NCBI GenBank assembly: GCA_038527425.1
Contig: JBCBFV010000001.1
Coordinates: forward strand, 1-44,257
DNA length: 44,257 nt
Reading direction: 5' to 3'
Source: Pseudomonadota bacterium
GTDB lineage: Bacteria; Pseudomonadota; Alphaproteobacteria; Rhodobacterales; Rhodobacteraceae
Position numbers and translations under genes: made by a program. The notes beneath the pieces were generated by a model. That model saw only the letters and a program-made list of their open reading frames with translations. It was not told where the DNA came from and did no database searches. Of this stretch, positions 25,907 through 35,004 are shown piece by piece; position 1 is the stretch's first letter, and each line of letters opens with the position of its first letter.

Positions 25907-27874
25907 ATGTCAGAGTTCCTTCTTCTCGCATTCATCTTCCTCATCGCAGGGGTCATCGCGGTGCCTATCGCTTCGCGATTGGGCCTGGGCTCGGTGCTGG
26001 GCTACCTCATCGCCGGGATCGTGATCGCGCCCTTGCTGGCTACGCTGGGCGTCGACGTCATTTCGATCCAACACTTCGCCGAGTTCGGCGTCGTCATGAT
26101 GCTTTTCCTCGTGGGCTTGGAGCTCGAACCCCGCATGCTTTGGTCTATGCGGGCCAAGCTTTTGGGCCTCGGTGGCCTGCAAGTGGCAGGCACGACAATC
26201 CTTGTGACAGCTATCGCAATGGCCTTCGGTCAACCTTGGACGATCGCGCTCGCCATTGGCATGGTCTTGGCGCTGTCATCGACGGCAATCGTGCTTCAAA
26301 CGCTCAATGAAAAGGGGCTGATGCGCTCGGACGGGGGCCAGTCCAGTTTCTCTGTGCTGCTTTTCCAGGACATCGCCGTCATTCCGATGCTGGCTTTCAT
26401 CCCGCTCTTGGCGATGCCGGAGCTGATGGATGTGGCCCATGGGGCGGCGGACGCGGCTCATGGTGACGCCCATGGCGGCGGTCACGGAGATAGCCACGGC
26501 GACGGACATGGGGATGACCACGGGGACGGGCACGGCATGAATCTGAGCCTCGTCGATGGGCTCAACGGCTGGCAAACGACACTGGTGACGGTGGGCGCAA
26601 TCGGTGCAGTTGTGCTCCTCGGCAACTATCTCACGCGGCCGATCTTCCGCTTCATCGCGATGGCCGGTCTGCGCGAACTCTTCGTCGCCACGGCCCTTCT
26701 TTTCGTCGTTGGCATCGCGCTTCTCATGATGGCGGTGGGTTTGTCCCCGGCGCTGGGCACGTTCCTTGCGGGCGTGGTTTTGGCCAACAGCGAGTACCGA
26801 CATGAACTTGAGAGCGATATCGATCCCTTCCGAGGATTGCTGCTCGGTCTCTTTTTCATCACCGTCGGCGCGGCGATCGATTTCGAGCTGCTCTTTGGCA
26901 ATATCGGTTCCGTTCTGGGGATGACCGTCGGCCTGATCCTGCTGAAGGCGTTTGTCCTCTTGGTACTGGCCTACATCTTCAAACTGCAGGGCGCGGATAA
27001 ATGGCTCTTTGGGCTCGGGCTGGCGCAAGCGGGCGAGTTTGGTTTTGTCCTTTTGTCCTTCACCACCGCCAACCAAGTCATCCCGCAATCGGTAGCGGAT
27101 CAGCTCTTGCTCGTGGTCGCGCTGTCCATGCTGCTGACGCCGCTTCTCTTCATTCTCTACGAGCGGGTCATCGCTCCGAAGTTTGCCAACGATCAGCAGG
27201 CCGAGGCTGACGTTATCGACGAGCCGGGCGATATCATCATCGCTGGCCACGGGCGCGTGGGCGGCATCGTGAACCGCATGCTGCGGGCGGCGGGTTACAC
27301 GACGACGGTTCTCGACTACAGCGCCTCGCAGCTCGAGATGCTCAGGAGCTTTGGTTTCAAGATCTTCTTCGGTGACGCCACACGGGCTGATCTGTTGCAC
27401 GCGGCAGGGATCGAGAAGGCCAAGCTTCTGGTCATCGCGATCGACGGGAAAGAGCAGATCAACACGCTCGTCCACTACGTGCGTCAGAACCACCCGCATG
27501 TCCCCATCGTGGCGCGTGCCGTGGACCGGCAGCATGTCTACGACCTCTACGCAGCCGGCGTGCGGGAAATCATTCGCGAGACCTTTGACTCGAGTGTTCG
27601 CATGGGGCGTAGCGCCTATGAAGTGCTCGGCATGCATGCCTTCGAGGCGGAGCTTCTGGCCAAGAAGTTTGCCGAAGATGACCGGCACATCATTGCCGTG
27701 CTGGCCGAGCTCCATGACCCCGACATTCCTGCGTCCGAGAACCAGGCTTACGTCGAAAGGTCCAAAGAGCTCATGGAAGAGCGTGAGGCCCAGATCTTCG
27801 GAAAGGGCAATGCGTTCGCGGTCGAGAAGAACACAGGCTGGACCCCGCCAGGCCAGAAGATCGAGCAGGAGTAG
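25907..27874 (+). CDS. kefC: glutathione-gated K+/H+ antiporter (CPA2, KefB/KefC) with KTN domain
   Basis: AEFGVVMMLFLVGLELEP, SSTAIV, LLFQDIA, SEYRHELESDIDPF, AQAGEF and KTN IIAGHGRVG..FGDATR. Confidence 0.9.
   Translation: MSEFLLLAFIFLIAGVIAVPIASRLGLGSVLGYLIAGIVIAPLLATLGVDVISIQHFAEFGVVMMLFLVGLELEPRMLWSMRAKLLGLGGLQVAGTTILVTAIAMAFGQPWTIALAIGMVLALSSTAIVLQTLNEKGLMRSDGGQSSFSVLLFQDIAVIPMLAFIPLLAMPELMDVAHGAADAAHGDAHGGGHGDSHGDGHGDDHGDGHGMNLSLVDGLNGWQTTLVTVGAIGAVVLLGNYLTRPIFRFIAMAGLRELFVATALLFVVGIALLMMAVGLSPALGTFLAGVVLANSEYRHELESDIDPFRGLLLGLFFITVGAAIDFELLFGNIGSVLGMTVGLILLKAFVLLVLAYIFKLQGADKWLFGLGLAQAGEFGFVLLSFTTANQVIPQSVADQLLLVVALSMLLTPLLFILYERVIAPKFANDQQAEADVIDEPGDIIIAGHGRVGGIVNRMLRAAGYTTTVLDYSASQLEMLRSFGFKIFFGDATRADLLHAAGIEKAKLLVIAIDGKEQINTLVHYVRQNHPHVPIVARAVDRQHVYDLYAAGVREIIRETFDSSVRMGRSAYEVLGMHAFEAELLAKKFAEDDRHIIAVLAELHDPDIPASENQAYVERSKELMEEREAQIFGKGNAFAVEKNTGWTPPGQKIEQE
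26438..26536 (+). repeat. His-Gly-rich tetrapeptide repeat insert within KefC
   Basis: HGAADAAHGDAHGGGHGDSHGDGHGDDHGDGHG, 8 His, with 12-bp periodicity in the DNA. Confidence 0.8.
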
Positions 27875-27884
27875 AGGCGCGCCC

Positions 27885-28769
27885 TCAGGCTTTGGGTTTG
27901 AGGCCCGGAACCGCGTAAGGCACCTTTGCGCGGTAGGCGTCGAACTCTTCGCCATAGCGTTCCTTAAAGCGCTTCTCTTTCAGCTTGGGGGCCAGCAGGC
28001 AGTAGGCGGTCAGAACGACGGCCAAGCCTAGCTGGTCGGGCGTCCAAACGGGAACCGTCCAGAGCGTGAGCGCGAAAGACACGTAGATCGGCTGTCGAAT
28101 GACGCGGAAGAGCCCGCGCGTCGGCATGCTGGGGAAGACGGGTTTGATGCCTTGCGCGAGCGACATCCACCCAAGGGCGCCGGACTGCACCTCCGCCCCC
28201 GCGTCATAGCTCGCCCAGATCAGGAGCAACCATGATAGGGTGTAGGCCCCGCTTATCACATAGAACGTCGCACCCTCTGCCTGCCACCAGACAAAGCCGC
28301 TCGGTGTCCAGAAGGCAAAGAGCGCGAAGAGCTGCAGCGATGCGATAAGCGCGAAAGTCGTCGTGCCGAGGGTCTGCGCATATTCGGCAGGCGCCACGCG
28401 TTGCAGCACGGCCCGACCTTTCTTGCTGAGCAGCAAGGAGTGGCTCAGCGGGAACTGCAGCACGAGAAAGAGGTTCGCGAGGTATGACCACGGCGACGGC
28501 ACGCGTCCCAGGCTTTCGCTCATCCCAAAGAACATCGCGACGATCATCGCCAGAACTGCAAGCCCGAATGCCGCATGGCATGCCAATCCGTAGGCAAACG
28601 CCACAGCAATGCGGCGACGTCCTGGGGGCAGGCGCAGAAGGCCGACCACAAGCTGAAAAAGCCTTGCGAAGGGGGTGGGTTCTGAGTGTCTCACAGCCCT
28701 CCAGATAGAATTGGTGGCCCGCAATCCAGCTTTCTTGACGAAGCGTCGCAGCGTCTTCGACCGCAGCAC
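27885..28769 (-). CDS. membrane S-methyltransferase, ICMT/nurim family (MddA-like)
   Basis: About 6 TM helices; FPLSHS, WTPSG..WW, GLFRVIRQPIY, LWTVP and KEKRF..RYGEEFDAYRAKVPY. Start uncertain. Confidence 0.8.
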   Translation of the reverse strand: MLRSKTLRRFVKKAGLRATNSIWRAVRHSEPTPFARLFQLVVGLLRLPPGRRRIAVAFAYGLACHAAFGLAVLAMIVAMFFGMSESLGRVPSPWSYLANLFLVLQFPLSHSLLLSKKGRAVLQRVAPAEYAQTLGTTTFALIASLQLFALFAFWTPSGFVWWQAEGATFYVISGAYTLSWLLLIWASYDAGAEVQSGALGWMSLAQGIKPVFPSMPTRGLFRVIRQPIYVSFALTLWTVPVWTPDQLGLAVVLTAYCLLAPKLKEKRFKERYGEEFDAYRAKVPYAVPGLKPKA

Positions 28770-28827
28770 TGGACCTCACCAAAACCTACCTAAATGTCGA
28801 AGGGTCACCGCAAGACAAGGAACACCC

Positions 28828-29469
28828 ATGGACAAGCGTCTTTTGATCGTCGGCGCCACCTCAGGCATTGGCAAACACTGCATGGAACAGGCGCTGTTTC
28901 GCGGCATGCAGGTCCGTGCCTTTGCGCGATCGGCGGACACGTTACAGCCGCATCCTTCTGTTGATCGCATGGCCGGTGACGCGCTCAACCACGATGATAT
29001 CGAGCGTGCGCTCAAGGGTGTTGATGCGGTTATCGTGACGCTGGGTATTCGCGAGAGGCTCTCCATGGTGTGGGAGCATGAGACGCTTTTTTCGAAGAGC
29101 ACCGAAATCCTGCTAGAGGCTATGACCAACGCGGGGGTGTCGCGTCTGGTTGTCGTGACGGGCTATGGCGCTGGTCGCAGCCGATCTTCGATGATGAGCT
29201 TGGCGCGCTTTGGACATGGGCTGGTCCTGGGCCGCGTGTACGAGGACAAGACGCGCCAGGAGGCCTTGATTGAAACGAGCGACATGGCATGGACAATCGC
29301 GCGTCCCGTCATCCTGACCAATAGGCCTGCGGACGGGGCCGCGACCGTCCTTGAAGACCCGGCAACATGGCGGAACGGCTTTGTCTCTCGCGAGGCGGTT
29401 GCGTCATACCTGCTCGACGCGGTGGAGCATGATCTCAACGTGCAAATGGACGTTGTGCTGACGGCCTGA
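28828..29469 (+). CDS. NAD(P)-binding oxidoreductase (NAD(P)H-binding_10 / biliverdin reductase B-like)
   Basis: IVGATSGIG Rossmann motif, VYEDKTRQE and WTIARP; ATG 28828 after AAGGA. Confidence 0.88.
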   Translation: MDKRLLIVGATSGIGKHCMEQALFRGMQVRAFARSADTLQPHPSVDRMAGDALNHDDIERALKGVDAVIVTLGIRERLSMVWEHETLFSKSTEILLEAMTNAGVSRLVVVTGYGAGRSRSSMMSLARFGHGLVLGRVYEDKTRQEALIETSDMAWTIARPVILTNRPADGAATVLEDPATWRNGFVSREAVASYLLDAVEHDLNVQMDVVLTA

Positions 29470-29481
29470 GCGGCGGGCGGC

Positions 29482-30363
29482 CTACTTGCCGATAAAGTCG
29501 CTGCGCCGCTCGATAAGGGCAGCGCTTAGGTAGTCGACAAGCAGCCGCGCGCGCTTCACACGACGCAACCCGCTGTGGAGCAGGATCCAAGTGGACCGCT
29601 GTTGATCGAGTTTCGTCCCCGGGACGCGCTGTAGCTCCGGGAAAACGGACGGGACCCAATTGGCAAGGAACGTCATGCCGCCACCCGCGCGGGCCAGATG
29701 CAGGTGCATCTGCGGATCCGCAATGGCGTGACGTACGCGAGCCTGTGAGAAGGGCGTGGCGTCAACCATGGCGCGCATCTCGGGCACGTCCCCGTATCCG
29801 ATCCAGGTCAAGCCTTTGCCCTTCGGCCCCGCATTTGGCAGCGCGCCATCGATGTAGCTTCGGGATGCAAAGACCCCGATCGACAGCGGGAACAGTTTGC
29901 GGCCCACGGCTTCTTCATCGACCTCAAGCACGTGCCGTACCGAGATGTCGGTTTCGTCCTTCTCGATCGAGTCGAGGAAGTACGAAAGCTTCAGCTCGAT
30001 CTCGATATCCGGGTAAAGCTCGGCGAATTCGGCCAGAACTGGCGCAAGGAGGTAATGCGCGGTCAGCGGGTCGGCGGAGAGGCGGATGCTACCAGAGGCC
30101 TCCCTATCGAGGCCTTTCACGGCACTAAACCCCTTCAGGAGCGAGGTCTCCGCCTCGAGGGCTTGCGGCAGCAGGCGCCGCCCCGCAGCTGTGAGCGTGA
30201 GCCCGGCTGCCGCGCGCCGAAAGAGCGTTGTGCCAAGCTGGGCTTCCAAAGCCTCAACCTGCCGTCGGACGGTGGCATGAGTGCCACCCAATTGCTCGGC
30301 CCCCGCCCTAAGGGAGCCGGTGCGCGCGACGGCAAGGAACGCAGGAAGCGATTTCCAATCCAT
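29482..30363 (-). CDS. LysR family transcriptional regulator
   Basis: MDW..L..FLAVARTGSLRAGAEQLGGTHATVRRQVEALE HTH plus substrate-binding domain; divergent from the MDR gene. Confidence 0.92.
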   Translation of the reverse strand: MDWKSLPAFLAVARTGSLRAGAEQLGGTHATVRRQVEALEAQLGTTLFRRAAAGLTLTAAGRRLLPQALEAETSLLKGFSAVKGLDREASGSIRLSADPLTAHYLLAPVLAEFAELYPDIEIELKLSYFLDSIEKDETDISVRHVLEVDEEAVGRKLFPLSIGVFASRSYIDGALPNAGPKGKGLTWIGYGDVPEMRAMVDATPFSQARVRHAIADPQMHLHLARAGGGMTFLANWVPSVFPELQRVPGTKLDQQRSTWILLHSGLRRVKRARLLVDYLSAALIERRSDFIGK

Positions 30364-30370
30364 ATCTAGC

Positions 30371-30428
30371 GGTTCATTTTTGATCCATTGTGGTTCTTCT
30401 TAGTCAATTATAGGATCAAAATACATCC
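30371..30428. promoter_or_regulatory. candidate LysR operator sites in the divergent intergenic region
   Basis: GGTTCATTTTTGATCC (30371-30386, near-palindrome) and the related inverted copy GGATCAAAATACATCC (30413-30428). Confidence 0.45.
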
Positions 30429-30463
30429 TCTATCTCCTGCCGTAGTTTCGAAAGGAGATTACC

Positions 30464-31444
30464 ATGGAAGACACATTCAACGCTTGGGACGTCAGCCGCT
30501 ATGGCGGCCCGGAAGTCCTCGTTCCCGTCACACGCACAATTGTCCAACCCGGTGCTGGGCAAGTCCTCGTCCGGATACGCGCCTCGGCCGTGTCGCGCGC
30601 CGATGGTATGATGCGGGCTGGTCAACCTAAATTCGCGAGGCTCTTTCTGGGCCTGTCGCGCCCGCGCTCTGGCCTGTCCGGCACCTGCTTTGCTGGCGAT
30701 GTTGTGGCCATCGGCGAGGGCGTATCTGACTTCAGGGTAGGCCAAGCGATATTCGGAGAGGCCGGCATGCAGTTCGGTGCCAATGCGAGCCATATTTGTA
30801 TCGACGCTGCTGGCAGCCTTATGCCCAAGCCTGATGCCGTGAGCTACGAGGAAGCCGCCACTTTGTGTGACGGGGCCCTGACGTCGTGGCATTTCCTGAC
30901 GCGCGTCACCCAGCTACATCCCGGCGCAAAGATCTTGATCCTTGGTGGCGCGGGCAGCCTCGGGACTGCGGCGATCCAGTTCGCGAAGGCGCTGGGTGCC
31001 GACGTCACCGCAAGCGCGAGCGCGCGCAACCTTGACCTCCTGACCAGCTTGGGAGCCGACCTTGCGGTCGACTACCGGGCTCAGGACCCTCTGCAGCGCG
31101 GGGCCAAATACGATGTCATCTTTGATACGCTGGGTATCGCGTCGTTTGGCGCGGCGAAGCGTGCGCTGGCGCCGAAAGGAGAATACACTTGCCCGGTGCT
31201 CGGCTTGGGGCTTTTCCGGGATATGGTTCTGAGCTCTCTCTTTGGGGGCAAGCGCGCCAAATTTGCCGCCGCTGGCATGGCCCCGCCCGCTTTGCATCGC
31301 GAGGAACTCGCGGAGGTGCTCGCCTTGATGGCTGAGCAGAAGTTCGCGCCTGTGATGGATCGCACCTACCCCTTTACCGACCTCGTCGAGGCCCACCGCT
31401 ACGTGGAGACGGGACGCAAACGGGGCAATGTCGTGGTTGTGTGA
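30464..31444 (+). CDS. NAD(P)-dependent MDR-family oxidoreductase (Zn-free, quinone reductase-like)
   Basis: YGGPEVL, ILILGGAGSLG, AIQFAK and EAHRYVETGRKRGNVV; SD AAAGGAG. Confidence 0.9.
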   Translation: MEDTFNAWDVSRYGGPEVLVPVTRTIVQPGAGQVLVRIRASAVSRADGMMRAGQPKFARLFLGLSRPRSGLSGTCFAGDVVAIGEGVSDFRVGQAIFGEAGMQFGANASHICIDAAGSLMPKPDAVSYEEAATLCDGALTSWHFLTRVTQLHPGAKILILGGAGSLGTAAIQFAKALGADVTASASARNLDLLTSLGADLAVDYRAQDPLQRGAKYDVIFDTLGIASFGAAKRALAPKGEYTCPVLGLGLFRDMVLSSLFGGKRAKFAAAGMAPPALHREELAEVLALMAEQKFAPVMDRTYPFTDLVEAHRYVETGRKRGNVVVV

Positions 31445-31570
31445 CGGGGCCATAGCTAGATCCGGCGCGCGGTTACCGCCAATCGCGCGTCGGTGAGTGG
31501 AGTTGGTCGCCTTTAGGGAGTTGGAAACCAGTGGTCGGGTAAACGGCGCGAAGCCACCCGAAAGGCCTTT

Positions 31571-32965
31571 ATGACCAAGCATGATACCGCGCTTTCTGCG
31601 GACCAACTCATGAAGCTACTCACCTCAGCCGGCGCGCTGGGGTTCGAGATCGTTGATGTCGCTGGTTTCTTCGATCGTCTGTCTGAGCTGTCGGCGTCGC
31701 AAAGGCATTCTGTTTCCGAGCTCATTTTGGAAACGCAGACGGTCATGGAAAAGACGGACTCGGTTGATTTTGCCGGTCAGGGACTTTCGCAGGCCCATGA
31801 GGAGGCTCAGGCCGCCGCCATGCGCACGATTTCGGGGGTGCGCGCGTCGGATCAAACCGCCCGCGAGGTTGCCAGTTGGGTGCACGAACTGTCCTCCCGT
31901 ACCTCCTCCATAGACGACACGCTTGAGGCCGTTCGATCTAACAACCAGCTCATCGCCGGGGTGGCGCGACAGGTGAACATCCTGGCGATCAACGCCAAGA
32001 TCGAGGCCGCCCGTGCAGGGGATTTGGGGCGAGGGTTCTCCGTAGTCGCCAATGCGATCAACGAGCTTTCCCAGCAGACGAGCACTGCCGCCGTCCAGAT
32101 TTCAGACAGCGTCGACAACCTCGCAAACTGGGTTCTGGAGATCGCCGAGGAATCTCAGAACATCGCGGCTCAAGCCGCAGAGGTGATCGACAAATCAACG
32201 GAGAATGATGTCAATCTTACCCAGCTCCAGGCGACGCTGAAGGCAAGCCAAAGCCAGATGTCGAAGATCGCCGAGGATATCGAGCAGATGCGCCATGCGG
32301 TTGCGCGCTTTGGCCCTTCCGTGACCGACATCGACGGATCGATCCAGGAAACGACCGAGGGCATTGCTGACGCGCGCGCGCGCACGGATCGCCTCGTGGA
32401 TATCTCAGAAGAAATGGTTCAGAGCGCCGCGGCTGCGGGTGGATCGACCTTCGACACGCCGTTTATCACCTATGTTCAATCCGCGGCGGCGCAGATTTCG
32501 CAGCGCTTCACGGAGGCAGTCGCCAAAGGAGAGATCTCGGAGGAGGCGCTCTTCGATATTGCCTATACGCCGATCCCAAATACCAACCCCAAACAGTTCA
32601 CGACGCGGTTTACTGAGTTCACCGATCAAAACCTGCCTGAGATCCAGGAAGCCGCTCTCGCCTTTGATGCAAGCGTGGTTTTCTGCGCGGCCGTCGATCT
32701 GAACGGTTACCTGCCGACCCACAATCACAAGTTCTCACGCCCGCCGAGCGACGATCCTGTTTGGAACGCGGCGCATTGCCGGAACCGCAGGATATTTGAC
32801 GACCGCGTGGGCCTCAAAGCTGGCCGCAATGTCGCGCCGTTCCTGCAGCAAACCTACCGTCGCGACATGGGTGGGGGCGAGTTCGCGATGATGAAGGATA
32901 TCTCGGCTCCTATCTATGTGGGTGAAAGGCACTGGGGCGGTCTGCGTCTCGCGGTGCATTTCTAG
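31571..32965 (+). CDS. soluble methyl-accepting chemotaxis protein with C-terminal sensor-like domain
   Basis: Hairpin tip QVNILAINAKIEAARAGDLGRGFSVVA; no TM helix; C-terminal FCAAVDLNGYLPTHN..RNRRIFDDRVG..HWGGLR domain. Confidence 0.9.
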   Translation: MTKHDTALSADQLMKLLTSAGALGFEIVDVAGFFDRLSELSASQRHSVSELILETQTVMEKTDSVDFAGQGLSQAHEEAQAAAMRTISGVRASDQTAREVASWVHELSSRTSSIDDTLEAVRSNNQLIAGVARQVNILAINAKIEAARAGDLGRGFSVVANAINELSQQTSTAAVQISDSVDNLANWVLEIAEESQNIAAQAAEVIDKSTENDVNLTQLQATLKASQSQMSKIAEDIEQMRHAVARFGPSVTDIDGSIQETTEGIADARARTDRLVDISEEMVQSAAAAGGSTFDTPFITYVQSAAAQISQRFTEAVAKGEISEEALFDIAYTPIPNTNPKQFTTRFTEFTDQNLPEIQEAALAFDASVVFCAAVDLNGYLPTHNHKFSRPPSDDPVWNAAHCRNRRIFDDRVGLKAGRNVAPFLQQTYRRDMGGGEFAMMKDISAPIYVGERHWGGLRLAVHF

Positions 32966-32992
32966 CTTCGGTCATCGTGATCTGGCCCGGTC

Positions 32993-34072
32993 TCAGATCG
33001 CGCCAATCGGGAAGGGCAGGCTGCCGCTGACGCGCGTCTTGTTGAACTCCCGCAGGCGCGCAAACACGTCCACGCCAAGTTGGTCATAGGCGTCGAGTAG
33101 GTCGACCATCACCCAATTCTCTCGGATCTTCCCGTTTTCCATCCGCCAGAAGTCCAAGCTCTTCATCGTGATGCGCTGCCCGGCGGGGGCGATGCCCATC
33201 CAACCACCTTGCGTGATGGTTTGGATCATATTGGGCCAGCCCGTCACAGCGCAGTAATCGCCGTCCCCGAAGAAGTGGTAGGTTATCTCGTCCACGTATT
33301 GCCCACGGTCGGGCATGGCGTTGATGAAAGGGATTTGGTGCCAATTCCGGAAACCGGCGACGCCGCGGCCCGTGCCGATGCCCGCGGGACCATACCAGTT
33401 CATGCGCTCGTGCCAAAAACGCGGCATCTCCATCACCTCTGGCCCACCCTGGCTGGGATGTTTTTTCATATGGGTGAGCATGGTCACCACGTGATCACAC
33501 GACGCCTGCGACCGCGCTTCATCCCGTGGGCCGGGGACAAAGCCGTCCTGTGTGGCGGGGCCGGGAATGCAGAACTCCAGGCCGAGAGACGGAGCCATCG
33601 GCCAAGCGTTGGCCTGCATCATCACCTCAGGAATGTCCCAGAGCGTTTGGACCTCGACGACGCGCCCTTCCTCGAAACGATAGAACTCGTGAAAGCGCAT
33701 GTGGGTGAGATGCCCGTTGGGAAAAATGTCGAGCCACGGGGCCACGAAGGTACCCATGTAGTGACCGCCACACCCAACCCAGTCGGCGCCATGTTCAGTG
33801 GGGCCGGACATGACGATCCAATCACGGCGCTCGAGGTCCGGCATGGCATTGAGAAGCGGGGCGTAGCAGGTGTCGAAATAGGCCTTTGGTCCGATCAGGT
33901 CGCCAAAGGGAAATGGCATGTGAAATACGCAATCTGGGGCGACGAGGTCTTCGAGCGCTTTGCACACGGCGCGGGCCTGAAAGTCCACCATCGCGGCACG
34001 AAGGGGCGCGAGGGCGGCTTTGTTGAACGTGTGGATGTCAGTCATTGGTTCGTCGGTCTTGCAGGCGGTCAT
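32993..34072 (-). CDS. tandem SnoaL/ester cyclase (NTF2-like) domain protein
   Basis: Two NTF2-like halves (MRFHEFYRFEEGRVVE; MKSLDFWRMENGKIRENWVMVDL). Alternative start ATG 34045. Confidence 0.85.
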   Translation of the reverse strand: MTACKTDEPMTDIHTFNKAALAPLRAAMVDFQARAVCKALEDLVAPDCVFHMPFPFGDLIGPKAYFDTCYAPLLNAMPDLERRDWIVMSGPTEHGADWVGCGGHYMGTFVAPWLDIFPNGHLTHMRFHEFYRFEEGRVVEVQTLWDIPEVMMQANAWPMAPSLGLEFCIPGPATQDGFVPGPRDEARSQASCDHVVTMLTHMKKHPSQGGPEVMEMPRFWHERMNWYGPAGIGTGRGVAGFRNWHQIPFINAMPDRGQYVDEITYHFFGDGDYCAVTGWPNMIQTITQGGWMGIAPAGQRITMKSLDFWRMENGKIRENWVMVDLLDAYDQLGVDVFARLREFNKTRVSGSLPFPIGAI

Positions 34073-34109
34073 GTCCGTGCACCGACAAACCCGTCGGCTT
34101 TCAGATAGG

Positions 34110-34991
34110 TCATCCCTTCACAGCCCCCGCCGTCAGCCCGCTCACGATCTGGCGCTGGAAGAACATGATGAGCATGATCAGCGGCACCGTGGCCGAGACC
34201 ACCGCAGCCACGGCGAACATCACGTTACCCTGCACCTGCGTGGAGCCCATGAAGCTCGCGATCTTTGGGATCATTGTCTCGTTCTCTTGGCTCAGCAGCA
34301 TCCGCGTCACCGTGAAGTCGTTGTAGGCCAGAAGGAACGAGAAGAGGCCGGTGGTGATCACGCCGGGCCACATGACGGGCATGATCACTTCGCGGAAGGC
34401 TTGGAAGCGCGTGCAGCCGTCGACCATGGCACTTTCGTCGAGGTCTTTGGGGATGTTGAGGAAGAAGGAATGCAGCATCCAGAGCGTAAAGGGCTGGTTG
34501 ATCGCCACGAGGACGATAATGGTCGTGGGCAGGATGCCCCAGACGTTCCATTCAAAAAACGGCAGGAGGTAGCCGGAGACCAGCGTGATATGGGGCATCG
34601 CGCGGAAGACGAGCGCCGCCATCAGGATCCAGAACGCATACCGGAAGCCCGATCGCGCCAGGGCGTACCCGCCCAGCGTGCCGAAGGTGAGCGAGATGAT
34701 CACCGTAAAGACCACCACGATTCCCGAGTTCAGGACCGCACGCCAGAACCCTTCCTGGATCCAGGCGCCCTCATAGCCGTTGCCGGTAAAGGCGGATCCG
34801 GTCTCGATCTGGGTGCGCACGCCGTAGATGGCGTTCGTCCAGTCGGCCTTCGAGAAGAAGTCCCCTTCCACCTTTAAGGAGCCCCACGCCGTCCAGAGGA
34901 ACGGGAAGGCCGCGATGATGAGCCAGAGTGCCACGAGGCCAAGAGAGATGACCTTGCCAGCGGTGAGACGGGATTGAGCTTTGGTTGCCAT
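34110..34991 (-). CDS. carbohydrate (CUT1) ABC permease, MalG-like
   Basis: EAA loop IPKDLDESAMVDGCT and FQRQIVSGLTAGAVKG. Confidence 0.92.
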   Translation of the reverse strand: MATKAQSRLTAGKVISLGLVALWLIIAAFPFLWTAWGSLKVEGDFFSKADWTNAIYGVRTQIETGSAFTGNGYEGAWIQEGFWRAVLNSGIVVVFTVIISLTFGTLGGYALARSGFRYAFWILMAALVFRAMPHITLVSGYLLPFFEWNVWGILPTTIIVLVAINQPFTLWMLHSFFLNIPKDLDESAMVDGCTRFQAFREVIMPVMWPGVITTGLFSFLLAYNDFTVTRMLLSQENETMIPKIASFMGSTQVQGNVMFAVAAVVSATVPLIMLIMFFQRQIVSGLTAGAVKG

Positions 34992-35004
34992 GGGGCCGTC
35001 TCCT

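Noticed and set aside
31511-31545. Possible CtrA site before the MCP gene (TTTA-N7-GGAA)
   Set aside because: Too many mismatches to support.
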